NCBI RefSeq assembly: GCF_001194135.2
Contig: NC_068992.1
Span: forward strand, 38,328,448-38,392,447
Source: Octopus bimaculoides
Lineage: Eukaryota
Direction of reading: 5' to 3'
Length of the DNA: 64,000 bases
Part shown: positions 38,717 to 50,950 of the stretch, piece by piece
Layout of the letters: each line of letters opens with the position of its first letter
Numbering within the stretch: position 1 is the stretch's first letter
The notes under the pieces: generated by a model
Told to the model about the DNA's origin: nothing
The model's database searches: none
The model's input: the letters and a program-made list of their open reading frames with translations, nothing else
Made by a program: the position numbers and the translations under genes

Positions 38717-38982
38717 GGGTACAGGACGTCACCAACAGTAAACAACATGAAATATGAAAACAAATGAGTTAAATACGCAAATAATGAGAGGAAAAAATGG
38801 AAAGGAGAGCAACTGTCTTTGAAGAATGATACTGTCATTGATCGCTCGAAATGGGGAGTAGATAGACAGCAGACAACTGATGAAGGGTTGTTCTTTCTAT
38901 TACTTGTCTTGTTTCTCATTTTTTCTCTCTCATTATTTGCATATCTAACTCATCTGTTTACTATTGGTGACGTCCTGTACCC
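38717..38982. repeat. Inverted-repeat element
   Basis: gggtacaggacgtcaccaacagtaaac...gcaaataatgagag paired with ctctcattatttgc...gtttactattggtgacgtcctgtaccc. Confidence 0.75.
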
Positions 38983-41086
38983 GAGCAGCTGTCTGGCTAG
39001 TGGCCCGTAAATAGCACCATTTGAGTGTAATCGTCACCAGCGTTGCCTTCTAGCACTTGTGCTGGTGGCACGTTAGAAAATCATTCAAGCGAGGTTGTTG
39101 CCAGTACCACTGGACTGGCTCCCATGCAGGTGGCACATAAAAAACACCATTTTGAGCGTGGCCGTTGCCAGTACCGTGTGACTGGCCCTCGTTCTGGTGG
39201 CACGTAATGGCATAAGGAAGGGCATCCAGCTGTAGAAACTCTGCCAGATCAGATTGGAGCCTGGTGCAGCCTTCTGGCTTGCCAGTCCTCAGTCAAATCG
39301 TCCAACCCATGCTAGCATGGAAAGCGGACGTTAAACGATGATGATGATGATGATGATTATATATATATCATCATGTTGTTAGTATTAAGCCAGTAGTCTT
39401 AATTATGGATAGTTAAGACTGAAGGGGGTTTGTATATGTTATAAGTTTTAGGTCAATTATTTTTAATTATGGGCTGTTAGAGTATAGGATGAATAGATAC
39501 CTATTAGAATTTGGGTCAGTTGTTTTAGTACTGGGGTCATTAGAATATTTAGGGCAACAAACTATCCACTAGTTCACACCTATGTCTAGTCTCCACTCCT
39601 ACCACTCAACCAAAACAAAAACAACGGGTAAGGCAAACCCTGGTCACATGGTAAACAAACATGCACACAGGCCCACACTTGCCTGGTAATTAGCTATTGA
39701 TGTACTACTGACGTCAGTTATGTCATGGCCGCCACCACCACCATCATTCCTGCTCTTCCATACAAAACTATAATGGGGGTGGGTAGGAGAGGGATGGTAA
39801 GCTATGTTAGAAGAAGGCTAAAGGCTTCACTTGGCTTTATTATTATTATTATAACAGAAGAAACTGGGAATGAAGAGGGATAGGTCAGTTAGGAAAGAGA
39901 AAGGAAGTTGTCATTGCATTCTTGCCCTACAAAATAGTAGTGGTGGCGGTGGTAGACAGGAATGGTAATTATGATGTAAATTAAAGGTAAAATGTCTTCA
40001 TTATTCAGTAGTTGAGTTAGCAACAGAGAAATACAGGTTTATGATGATATAAGGAGGTAAATAAGGAGAGTTATTTACATAAAGGGAAAATAATGAGAGT
40101 GGGGGGAGGGAAGAAATAAATGAAAGAGAGAGCTGGAAGAAGAGAGAACAGGAAAAGAGAGAGAAGGGGAGAGGGAGAGATAATAAGAATAAGAGGAAAA
40201 TAGAAGAGAAAGAAATAAGGAGCTAAAGTAAATGAGATAAAGAGAGAGGAGACAATAGGGAAGAGACAGAGAGAGGGGGGAAAGAGAGCCAAAAGAGAGC
40301 AGCAGTTTCTTTTTAAGTGTATCAAAGATTTGAATGAACACCACAACATCCTGCATTTCTTGTACATTCAATGAACAGCGCCCACCACCACCACCAGTAC
40401 GTTCTTATTAGTCCTTAATCCTCGAGCGTCCAAATCAACCATATCCACCAGCCCAAATATCCATCATCATCATCATCATCATTTAATGTCTGCTCTCCAT
40501 GCTGGCATGGGTTTGACAGTTTGACCAGAGCTGGTGAGCCAGAGGGCTGCACCAAGTTCCAGTCTGATATGGCATGGTTTCTACAGATGGATGCCCTTGC
40601 TAGTGCCAACCACTCCAGGAGTATAATGGGTGCTTTTACGTGCCGCCGACACAGGAACCATTTACATGACATCGGCAACAACCATGACTACAATTCATGG
40701 GTGAGTGCCATTTACATGGCACCATCAATGACCACAACTACGATTCCTAGGTGAGTACATATATCATGTCCAGAAATGTCCAAAGATTTGTTTGTCTCTC
40801 ATCTATTTTTAACCCTTTAGCATTCAGATTTCTTTGCTGAATGTAATGTTTGTTTATTCACATTGTTTTTCACATAAATAGCATGATGATCCATACAAAA
40901 AACATCCTGTCCACACTGTAAAGTGGTTGGCATTTGGAAGAGCAGCATCCAGCTGTAAAAAAACCATGTCAAAGTTGACACAGAAGTATGGTGCAGTCTT
41001 CTGCCTATCCAGTTCCTGTCAAACCATCCAACCCATGCCAGCATGGAAGGCAGATGTTAAACAATGATGATGATGATGATGATGAT

Positions 41087-41435
41087 AGAACAAGTAGAAA
41101 GATAAATTTTTTTCCAACATGCAAATACTGAACAGTATATATAAAGGATAAAATCCTTTTAAGAGCAGAAAAATTTGCCAGCAACCAGCCATGAGGATCG
41201 AACTCACACCCCTCCAATATCCAGTTGGAGTGCTCTACCCTTTAACCAGACTGGCGAATTCTTCTGCAATATTAGAAATTATAAAGTCATCCAGAAACAG
41301 ATATTGGAGGGGTGAGAGTTTGATCCTCATGGCTGGGTTGCCAGCAAATTTTTCTGCACTTAAAACGAGTTTATCCTTTGTATATATACTGTTTAGTATC
41401 CACGCGTTGAATAAAAATTTATCTTTCTACTTGTT
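41087..41435. mobile_element. Inverted pair of a second tRNA-headed SINE
   Basis: 72-nt cloverleaf-like head on the minus strand (41255-41184) with acceptor, anticodon and T stems; a 5'-truncated inverted copy lies on the plus strand. Confidence 0.7.
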
Positions 41436-42668
41436 GTACAATACATTTCAATGTTTCAAAAACAAACTTATGTTTGTTTACATATGACATAAAATGATGA
41501 TGATATCATAAAAGCACTCTGTCCGCTTTGCTGAGTGGTTAGTGTTAGGAAGGGCATCAAGCAGTAAAAACCCTGCCAAAACAGACATAGGTGTATGGTG
41601 CAGTCTTTTGCCTGGCCTGCTCCTGTCAAACCACCCAACCCATGCCAGCATGGAAGGCGGAAGTTAAAACAATGATGATGACGATATTTCATAGCTTCAA
41701 GATTTCAACATGACTGTATATGTTTAAAATGACATTGTAGGGTAAGGGTGAAAGAACAGATCCAGCTGGATTAAACATAGAATAGACAGAATATTTTGGC
41801 GAGATGTGGTTAGTTTAAATGTTGAAGGGTTAAACAATACAAAAATTAAGGGTTAAACGATACAAAAATTAAAATTCAGTACCAACTCCTATGAACTTTT
41901 AAGTATCACAAAAGAATGAAGAAGGAATTTATGTTGGTTTGGTATCCTTCACTTTGCCGTTTGAATTACATTCGAGTGATTGATGGAGGTGGTGGGTTAT
42001 AAGTTATGGAGAAGAGAAGAACTGAGTAAAGAACAGAAGCTTATAATTTAGAACATAATGAAATAATTGATAATGGCTTACCCTGCAGTTATTCGAACTG
42101 ATCTCTGTAATATCAGGACAGCGGTCATAATGAGTTTCCTGCAAATGACTAATATCCCTGGAAATAAAAAAAATAAATAAAATACAGATATATAGCAACA
42201 CACACACATATGTATATATACAATAGGCTTCCACACAGTTTCCATCTAACAATTCCCTTCACAAGGCACTGGTTAGCCCTAAGGTATAGTAATAGAAATT
42301 TAAAATTTCTTCCATGAAAATCTCAGTCAATTTATGTTCTAAACACCAGCGTAATAATGGACAAAGTTATTTTACTAAATTTTTCATTATTTTAAAAATT
42401 AATAAAACAGAAGCAATATATTTCAACAGAAATAGGGTAATAAAATGGCAAAGTTTCTTTCTACATCTTTGGTTAAATGGTCTATGTTTGTTAAGGTGTG
42501 AAGCGTGGAAAATAATCTCAGCTCCACTTAGGGTTTGAACTCAGAAGTGTGAAGTCTAAAATCAGATGCTATTAACTAAATATCTATCAACTGTTCTGCA
42601 TCCACCATTTATGCACCCAACACTTACATTCACCTCAGGATGACTGCATCACTAACTATACAGTAGAC

Positions 42669-43319
42669 CAGTGTTTCTCAACTGGGGTTCCTAGAAAGAG
42701 TGAGATAAGCTAATGCTAATTTCACAATTGTAATNNNNNNNNNNNNNNNNNNNNNNNNNNNNNNNNNNNNNNNNNNNNNNNNNNNGAATTAGGTACTTAA
42801 GTTGAAGCACCAAGCCAGTCTGGTATTATCTGCACAGCTTGAAGTAAGGTGAATAAAATCAAAATAAGCAACAGGATATCAAGTAGTGATGCAGTACAAC
42901 CATTTCAAGTGGCTCCATTTAATTGAACAATGCAATCATCAATTTAAATGCAGTGCTATCTTCAGCTGCACAAAATATAGAATTTTTTAACAAGTAGAAC
43001 ATATTTAATATAATTTTCTTAAATATTTTAACAGAGTAAGAAGATGGAAGAAATTCATGTTATCGCTATTGTAGCAAGATAGCACTGCATTTAAATTGAT
43101 GTAATGATTGCATTGTTCAATTAAATGGAGCCACTTAAAACGGCTGTACTGCATTACTACTTGATATCCTGTTGCTTACATATGTGACATTAACCATGTG
43201 AACTATGATGAAAAAAATATGTGAAAGATACAGTATATAATTTTTTTGAGCAGGGGTTCCTTGAGACATGTAATTGAATTTAAGGGTTACACAAGGGTAA
43301 AAAAGGTTGAGAAACACTG
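42669..43319. mobile_element. hAT (Charlie-like) MITE containing a nested foldback element
   Basis: Perfect 14-bp TIR cagtgtttctcaac / gttgagaaacactg and 8-bp TSD cagtagac. Confidence 0.9.
42865..43178. mobile_element. TA-flanked foldback MITE with ~100-bp TIRs
   Basis: taagcaacaggatatcaagtag...gtgctatctt and its reverse complement, separated by ~110 bp. Confidence 0.7.
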
Positions 43320-46300
43320 CAGTAGACTAACGGAGCCTCTGTGTAGTTACTAGACCTATTAGAAGCAGTAACCAAATACCCTCAGATTACAGCTTGCTGT
43401 CTTACAAAAACAAACCCCGCAAAAATGAATAATAGAAATACAAAAAACAGGAGGGAATGCTTTTCAGAAAAGGTCTGGTGAATTTCAATACCAATTTGAG
43501 TTCTCAAAAACTTTCTACAGTCTCAAAACTGTGAAGGAACTTTTTCAACTGTGACTGAAGTTCTAGAGAACTTTCTTGGTTCTCCAGAGTCTCTAAGAGA
43601 ATTCTTTCAACTAGAATTTAGTTTCTTAAGAAACTTTCTAGTTGTAGAAAATTCTAATTAGACATGACATTTATTGTAGGTCTTTAGGCTGATGTGTATA
43701 AATACCAACAGCTCTGGTGGAAAATACTGAAAGGGTAGGGGTGGAAGGTGGGGGAGGAAAGAAGTTGTGAAAAGAAAGCAAAGATTAATGACTTTATCTG
43801 TTTTAAGTAAAAGAGATTGTATTTATTAAAAGACTATTTGTGACTAGACTCTAAAGTACCCTAGCAGATGCAGGATGCATGCCTTGTGATTCTCTGGTGC
43901 CTGAAATACTTGGAACAAATCATAAATGGTAGGAAGTAGACTATTTATAGAAAATATGGCAGGAATAATAGTAAGAGCAGGGAGCCGAAACCAAAAAATA
44001 ATAAAAACCCCACAAAAAACAACAGAACAATGCTTTTTATTTTATTTACTTATTATTTTTACATGTGATTCCAGGGAAATATGGCTGAATGTTTGGGTAG
44101 AGACATTGATAGTTGCAGGCTACTAACTACTCTATTGTGAAGAACAACGCTTATCTGTCAGACAGACAGACTGATGCCAGCAGATGCCACAGTGTCTTTA
44201 CTAGGAAGATTTAAATTGATAGCCATATACAGCACAGGTGCAGCTGTGTGGTAAGAAGCTTCCTTCCCAACAACATGGTTCCAGGGTTCAGTCCCACACT
44301 GAGTGACACCTTGGGCAAGAGTTTTCTACTATGGCCTGAAATCAAACAAAGCCTTGTGATTGGATTTGGTAGACAGAAACTGAAAGGCAGCAAGCTGGCA
44401 GAAACGTTAGCATGCCGGGCGAAATGCTTAGCAGTATTTATTGCCCCTTGTGGGCAATAAAGAAATAAGAAACTGAAAGAAGCTTGTCATTTAAATGCGT
44501 GTGTGTGTGTGTGTGTGTGTGTGTGNNNNNNNNNNNNNNNNNNNNNNNNNNNNNNNNNNNNNNNNNNNNNNNNNNNNNNNNNNNNNNNNNNNNNNNNNNN
44601 NNNNNNNNNNNNNNNNNNNNNNNNNNNNNNNNNNNNNNNNNNNNNNNNNNNNNNNNNNNNNNNNNNNNNNNNNNNNNNNNNNNNNNNNNNNNNNNNNNNN
44701 NNNNNNNNNNNNNNNNNNNNNNNNNNNNNNNNNNNNNNNNNNNNNNNNNNNNNNNNNNNNNNNNNNNNNNNNNNNNNNNNNNNNNNNNNNNNNNNNNNNN
44801 NNNNNNNNNNNNNNNNNNNNNNNNNNNNNNNNNNNNNNNNNNNNNNNNNNNNNNNNNNNNNNNNNNNNNNNNNNNNNNNNNNNNNNNNNNNNNNNNNNNN
44901 NNNNNNNNNNNNNNNNNNNNNNNNNNNNNNNNNNNNNNNNNNNNNNNNNNNNNNNNNNNNNNNNNNNNNNNNNNNNNNNNNNNNNNNNNNNNNNNNNNNN
45001 NNNNNNNNNNNNNNNNNNNNNNNNNNNNNNNNNNNNNNNNNNNNNNNNNNNNNNNNNNNNNNNNNNNNNNNNNNNNNNNNNNNNNNNNNNNNNNNNNNNN
45101 NNNNNNNNNNNNNNNNNNNNNNNNNNNNNNNNNNAGAATTGCTTCATTAACCATTTCTATGGAAGGAATCCAAAATAAACTCAAAGAAATTTTACGGTAG
45201 GAAAAATTCCAGATGAAAGAATTACTTTTGGTTTTTGATGACACCAAAAACAAAGAGATTAGATAAATCTTTAGAAATAATTGATAAATAAATGCATATT
45301 TGAAGTTTTTGGTTCATTAATTATAATGACCATTTAACCCTTTTGTTACTATATTTCTGTTGGGATGCTCTGTGTTTCTTTCAATTAATTTTAAATATAA
45401 CAAAGAATTTAGTAAAATAACTTAGTTATCATTCAGTTAGTGTTAGGAACATAAATTGTGACAAAGGTTTGGTGGAAGATTTTAATTCAGAGCCAGTTTC
45501 AGCTGGGTTGGTAACGAAAGGGTTAAAGCATCAAGCAGGAAGAATCATTAACACATCAAGCAAAATGCTTAACAATATTTCTTCCACTCTTAACATTCTG
45601 AGTTCAAGTACACCAAAGCCAATTTTATCCCTCTGTCATTTTGGAAGTCGATAAAATAAGAGTACCAGTCAAGAACTAGAAGTGTGGTTGATGTGAACAA
45701 TTCACCGCCTTCCCCTTAAATCTTTGGCCTTCTGCCAAAATTTGAAACAGCTTTAATGACTTGTAACAGCAATGCTTGTGTCTTGTGTGAAAGTATACAT
45801 CTATATCATCATTTTTAATGCTGGCATGGGTTGGACGGTTTCACTGGGGACTGGTAAGCCAGTAGGCCGCACCAGGCTCCAATCTGATTTGGCAAGGTTT
45901 CTACAGCTGGATGCCCTTCCTAACACCAGCCACTCCGAGAGTGTAGCAGGTGCTTTTTACGTGCTACTAGCATGAGGAGCCAGTCAGGCAGCACTGGTAC
46001 CGACTCACACTTGAGTGGTGCTTACAATGTGCCACCAGCACGGGTGCCAGTGGCATGTAATAAGTACCAGTCAAGCATGGGCTGATGCCAGTGCCGCCTG
46101 ACTGGCTCCCCATGCCAGTGGCACATAAAAAGCCCCATCTGAACATGGTCAATGCCAGTCCCCCATTGATTGGCTCTTGTAACACACGCATATATGTATT
46201 TGTTATTTATATCTGTGTTTGTGTGTATTTATCCCCCCCACAATCACTTGCCATCCGATGTTGGTGTGTTTACCTCCCCATCACGTAGTGGTTCGGCAAA

Positions 46301-46406
46301 AAAGAGACCGATAAAATACTAGGCCCTGGGGTCGATTTGTTCAACTAAAGGCGGTGCTCCAGCATGGCCACAGTCAAATGACTGAAACAAGTAAAAGAGT
46401 TAAAAA

Positions 46407-46440
<34 letters not shown>

Positions 46441-46441
<1 letters not shown>

Positions 46442-46726
46442 ACAATTGCAGCGTGGAAGGTGTTTATAAGCCATTTAAAATAACACAAAAGCCGTCAGAT
46501 TCACTTCAACATTTAAATTTAATTTGTCAAAATATTTTCGTCGCTTTGAGACCACGACCTGTTCACTGACAAAATTGTGCTGCATCTCAATTTTGTCAGT
46601 GAACGGGTCGCGGTCTCAAAGCGATGAAAATATTTTGACAAATTAAATTTAAATGTTGAAGTGAATCTGACGGCTTTTGTGTGTTATTTTAAATGGCTTA
46701 TAAACATCTTCCACACTGCAATTGTT
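46441..46726. repeat. Near-perfect ~136-bp inverted repeat with 12-nt spacer (HH3 element)
   Basis: Arms 46441-46576 and 46589-46726. The right arm continues into an unpaired tail to ~46775. Confidence 0.95.
46523..46573 (-). ncRNA. Core-variant (G3-C8) minimal hammerhead ribozyme candidate (family HH3)
   Basis: Minus strand: TTTGTCA GTGAACA G GTCGT ggtctcaaa GCGAC GAA AATATT T TGACAAA. 7-bp stem I, 5-bp stem II, palindromic stem III. Confidence 0.6.
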
Positions 46727-47564
46727 TTCGTTCCAGCACACAATCTCAGATCAGGTCGTTTGCTATGCAAGTACATCTCCGTAATATATATATATATATT
46801 CAAAAGACTAAATTCTAACTTCTGGGACACATCCAGCTTCACTATTTACTAAGCGATTTGCCCCAATTTTTCTTCACCAGGATTCAATATTTTTGAATAT
46901 CATTATCCATTTGTTATCCAGCACGAATAACAATTCAATATAAACAGTGATAAAGGCCTTGGGTTTAAAGTTAAGAGGGAATCACAGTTGTGATGTTCAT
47001 GCCTTTCTTGAGATATTATTGGAGTAAATGAAATTAACTGAATTCAGAAGGAGATTAAAACCAAGACAGAATTATCTCACTATCGGATTGCTTACTTTAT
47101 ACTGCAAACTAATCACAAACTTCATATTACACCTCGGGGCAAAAGGAGCCCCAGAAGACTATCAACTCTCTTTTCTTAGTAGACTAATGAGTATGAAAGT
47201 AAATACATAAATAAAATATAAATAAGATAACGATGGATAATGAGTTTTGTGAATCAGTGCACATAACATATATTTAATTGTTGCTATTACACAGACAGAT
47301 AAGTGTACAAACCAAGGAATTTCGGTGCCTGACAGCATCACATTGGTACAGTTGTTATGTGGCTGTAATTTGACACTATATAAAGTTAGAATCTCCGAAA
47401 GAACAAGAATTTTTATCTCAGTCTGAGACAAGAAAAAAAAAAGTGGTTATTACACCAAATAAGAAGTCTGTAGAGTGAGGCTAGTTTGGAATTGCATTAG
47501 CAAATAACTCTTACATTCCTTCCCCTCACATGTTTTTGGTAAATTATTAATATAAAGTAATAAC

Positions 47565-47792
47565 TTAACCCTTTAGCATTCAGATTATTCTGTCAAATGT
47601 AATCCTTATTTATTCACATTGTTTTGAATTAATCATGCATTATCACTTAGCTTTGAAATTTCAGTGAGGTGAACATTTAGTTTTAGAATGACAGTGTAGG
47701 GTAGATGTGAGAGGCCAGACCTGGCCAGTTTGAACATAAAACAAAAAGACTATTTTGGCTGGATGTGGTTGGTTTAAATGCTAAAGGGTTAA
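47565..47792. mobile_element. piggyBac-like MITE, family 2
   Basis: ttaaccctttagcatt...aatgctaaagggttaa. Related copies at ~30393-30625 and, interrupted by insertions, at 40809-41833. Confidence 0.82.
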
Positions 47793-50109
47793 ATCAGAGA
47801 TTAATCTTCCTAACACCCCTCCTCCTCTTCATCATCATTATTCAAACGTTCATCTTCCATGCTGGCATGGGTTGTATGATTCAAAAGGATTCAGAGTCTG
47901 AGGATTGAGATAAACTAATGTATTTTGTGTATAAGTGCATATATATATATATACTTATGGGTATATACATGCCTGTGTCTGGACAGAGTTACACACAAAT
48001 ACACACACATGTAGTGGTGGTGGTGGGGTTTTTTAAGGGTCAAATGAAATATGTTGAGACAAATTTTCTGTAGTCAGGTGCTCTTCCTGTCACCAACCCT
48101 CACCTGCTTCTGAGCTAAGCGACATTCAATAAGTGAGTCTCAACCATTTTTTTTTGCCTACAGACCCTTTTGTTTCCTATTCTTCTCTACTAGATCCTCA
48201 TAGCCATTCATTGTTTATGAAGTCCTATTATATTTTTATCATTATATATCATTAGGAATTGTATAAAAACAAATTGTTAAAATATTTTGTGTATTATAAA
48301 AGTATAACCTATTTATTGCAGATAAATTTTGATGAAAAAAATCTTATATGGATCTCTAATGGTCATGAAGACCCTGACTGAAAACCACTGGCCTAGGTCT
48401 TTGAACACAAAGCACCACAATGGCTGGACATGTTTTTCATGGAAGGCTACAGACCAATAACAATCAGCATGACAGTGAAGTTGACAACAGGAAGAGCATC
48501 CAACTGTAGAAATTTGCCTCAAAGAATTCCTTCCAACCCATGCCAACATGGAAAAATGGATGTTAAATCAATGTTGATGAAACTGAAACTTAGCTTCTGG
48601 AGATATCTCTTTCTTTGAAGTGCTCACCCTTGGAGGAATCCTAATTTTTAAGTTTGGTTAACCGTAGTTTATGAAATGCATGACACAAGATAACATAGGG
48701 AAGATTCATATTTATCAATTACCATTCCATCCATGCCAATATGCGGAGGAAAAACATAATCTTCTAAAATGTTAACTATCATAAAGTGTTGTTAAAATAT
48801 TGGTTTCAAATTTTGGCACAAGGCCAGCAATTTCCAGGGAGGGGTTAAGTTGAATACATCAACCCCAGTGTTCAACTGGTATCTAGTTTATCAACTCTGA
48901 AAGGATGAAAAGCGAAGTTAACTTTAGAGAAATTTGAACTCAAAACAAAGATGTATGAAATGTTGCTAAGCATTTTGCCTGGTGCAGTAACAATGCCATA
49001 TGTGTGGTTAAAATATTATTGAATGCATTCATGAAAAATAATTCCAATCAAGAAGGAAGCTTAAGAGTGTTAGAACTGAATAAGTTCCAGAAAGAAACTT
49101 GAGAATGGTAGAATTGTGTAAGGTAAATTCTTTGCTATGTGTCAGCAGAGAGGAGATCTTCCAGGTTCAGCAGAAACATGTCATGATAAGATTTCACAAT
49201 CAATTATAAAATGTTGACAAAAACCAAAAACCATCTGGTTTAAAACAAAAACAACACATTGACATGTGCCATGACATTTGGTTGTTGGTTAGTAACAAGT
49301 TCATTGGGTTTGTAGAGATTAAACTGATAAAACCTTGTATACAGATGGTGAGGGAACAACTATCAGTGATAGTGGGGGGTATTAAATTAGGGAGAATTTT
49401 GGTTTTATTTCAGGGCATGAGTTAGGAGCAAGTGAGCGTGTGTGTGTGGGGCTCAACTTTAGTGAAGCAGTGCTGATGTTGACCTGCCTTGTTGACATCA
49501 TAACCAGCCTCCCTGCACTTTCAAATACTTCTTGCTTTTTAAGCGAATGATTTCTTTGGCAACAGAAAGAGCATCCAGCCATAAAATCCTGAAACTTTCT
49601 CTTGTTATCTCTTGAAAGACCAATGCTTGCGTTGAGCCCCACAAAACCAATCAAAAATTATTTTTTTATGGGTTTTAAAACAGAAACGGTGTAGTTACAA
49701 ATAAAATGACAATTATAAAAAAAGAGAATGTAAAAGAAATATGTAAACTGGTTTTATTAACTGAATTACTTTAAAGACGGGACAATTTGTGTGCTTGTAC
49801 TGTGGATTTCCTCTCGTGCTTCAAGACAATTCATATGAGTCTCAGCTCATACAGCAAATTACTCGTACAACGGTGCACTTGTACTGCAAGGTTCTACTGT
49901 ATTAACTGCCATATATTTTTACTTTCACATTTTACTTTCATATTTTCCGCTGAACATTGTGATCTGCTCCCCCCATCACACCTACATTTCATTCACTAAG
50001 AGTTTTCAATTTATGCATTGTATATGATTTTTAATTTACACGGCAATCCCTGACACTCCTGGTTTCTCTCTTGTTCTTTCCTCATAGTTTTTCTACATTC
50101 CACTCCTAT

Positions 50110-50950
50110 TATTATCATTGATTTTTCTTCGGTAGTTTTGTGCAAATTTCTACTGCACCTGGTGCATGTCTGTGTTTCTCAGGTGTGTGCAGGTATTCGT
50201 ATTTTTGTGGTGATTGGGGGAATATAAGCTCTTCCTGTTTGTTTTGTTGTAGAGTTTAGTCTCTTGTTATATTAATGTATGTTCTGTTGGGCTTTGTTTG
50301 TGCACAATGTCAGTTGTGTTATTTAATTGAGCTTTAATCTTGTATATAAGTTGCAGGAGTTGTGTGATTTTAGATCAATGTTTCTTGAAGTGGGCAGTAT
50401 TGCCCCCCCTGGGGGCGGGGGTGGAAATTTCCAAGGGGGCATTGAAGAAAAGTGGGGCAATGATGGGGTAGCAATTCATGTAAAAACAACAAAATAATGG
50501 GCTCATTTGGTTAAGTTTTATTTGTGAAATACAGTTGCTTTGAATTTGCCTCAGAAAGGGGTCTGTGTTTGTGGTGGTTAGTTGGGGTGGGGGCATTAGG
50601 AATGTAGCCTGAGTGTCAAGAGGGTGGCAGCCCAAAAACGTTTAGGAATCATTGTTTTAGATCATTAGGTGCTTATTGCTTAAAGTGTGTGTGAAGATTG
50701 TTCTATTGAATCATGAGCTGTTCTATTGAATTGATAGTGTTTTGCACAAGATGAGGGCTGTTCTTAGCTATTTTTTGGGTAGTATGTAGTGCTGGGAGTT
50801 CTGGTATGGCTTCTATGCTTCTTTTCATATTATTTTTAATCCTGCCTAATGTTCCAGTTATTAATTGGTGCCGTTTTTACCCTCATGTCCCACATCTTGA
50901 AAATTTCAATTTCAAAGTTCTTGTATTTTGATAGTTTTATTGCTATTATT
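50110..50950 (-). mobile_element. Degenerate R4/Dong-clade LINE 3' end, interrupted by a hAT MITE
   Basis: Minus strand KLSKYKNFEIEIFKMWDMRVKTAPI..GTLG...QKIA; ends aatgataataata; short (att)n at both ends. Confidence 0.7.
50376..50654. mobile_element. hAT-type MITE
   Basis: CA...TG termini (caatgtttcttgaa / tttaggaatcattg) and 8-bp TSD ttttagat. Confidence 0.8.

Noticed and set aside
39709-39716. Perfect CRE palindrome TGACGTCA
   Set aside because: About one 8-mer hit is expected by chance in 64 kb, and there is no promoter evidence nearby.
40060-40310. Long polypurine tract giving hydrophobic minus-strand ORFs
   Set aside because: Low-complexity AG-rich sequence; the F/L/S-rich translation is compositional.
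41184-41255. Functional tRNA gene
   Set aside because: Poor D stem, irregular anticodon arm, no Pol III terminator, and embedded in a duplicated repeat. The head at 27040-27110 is rejected for similar reasons.
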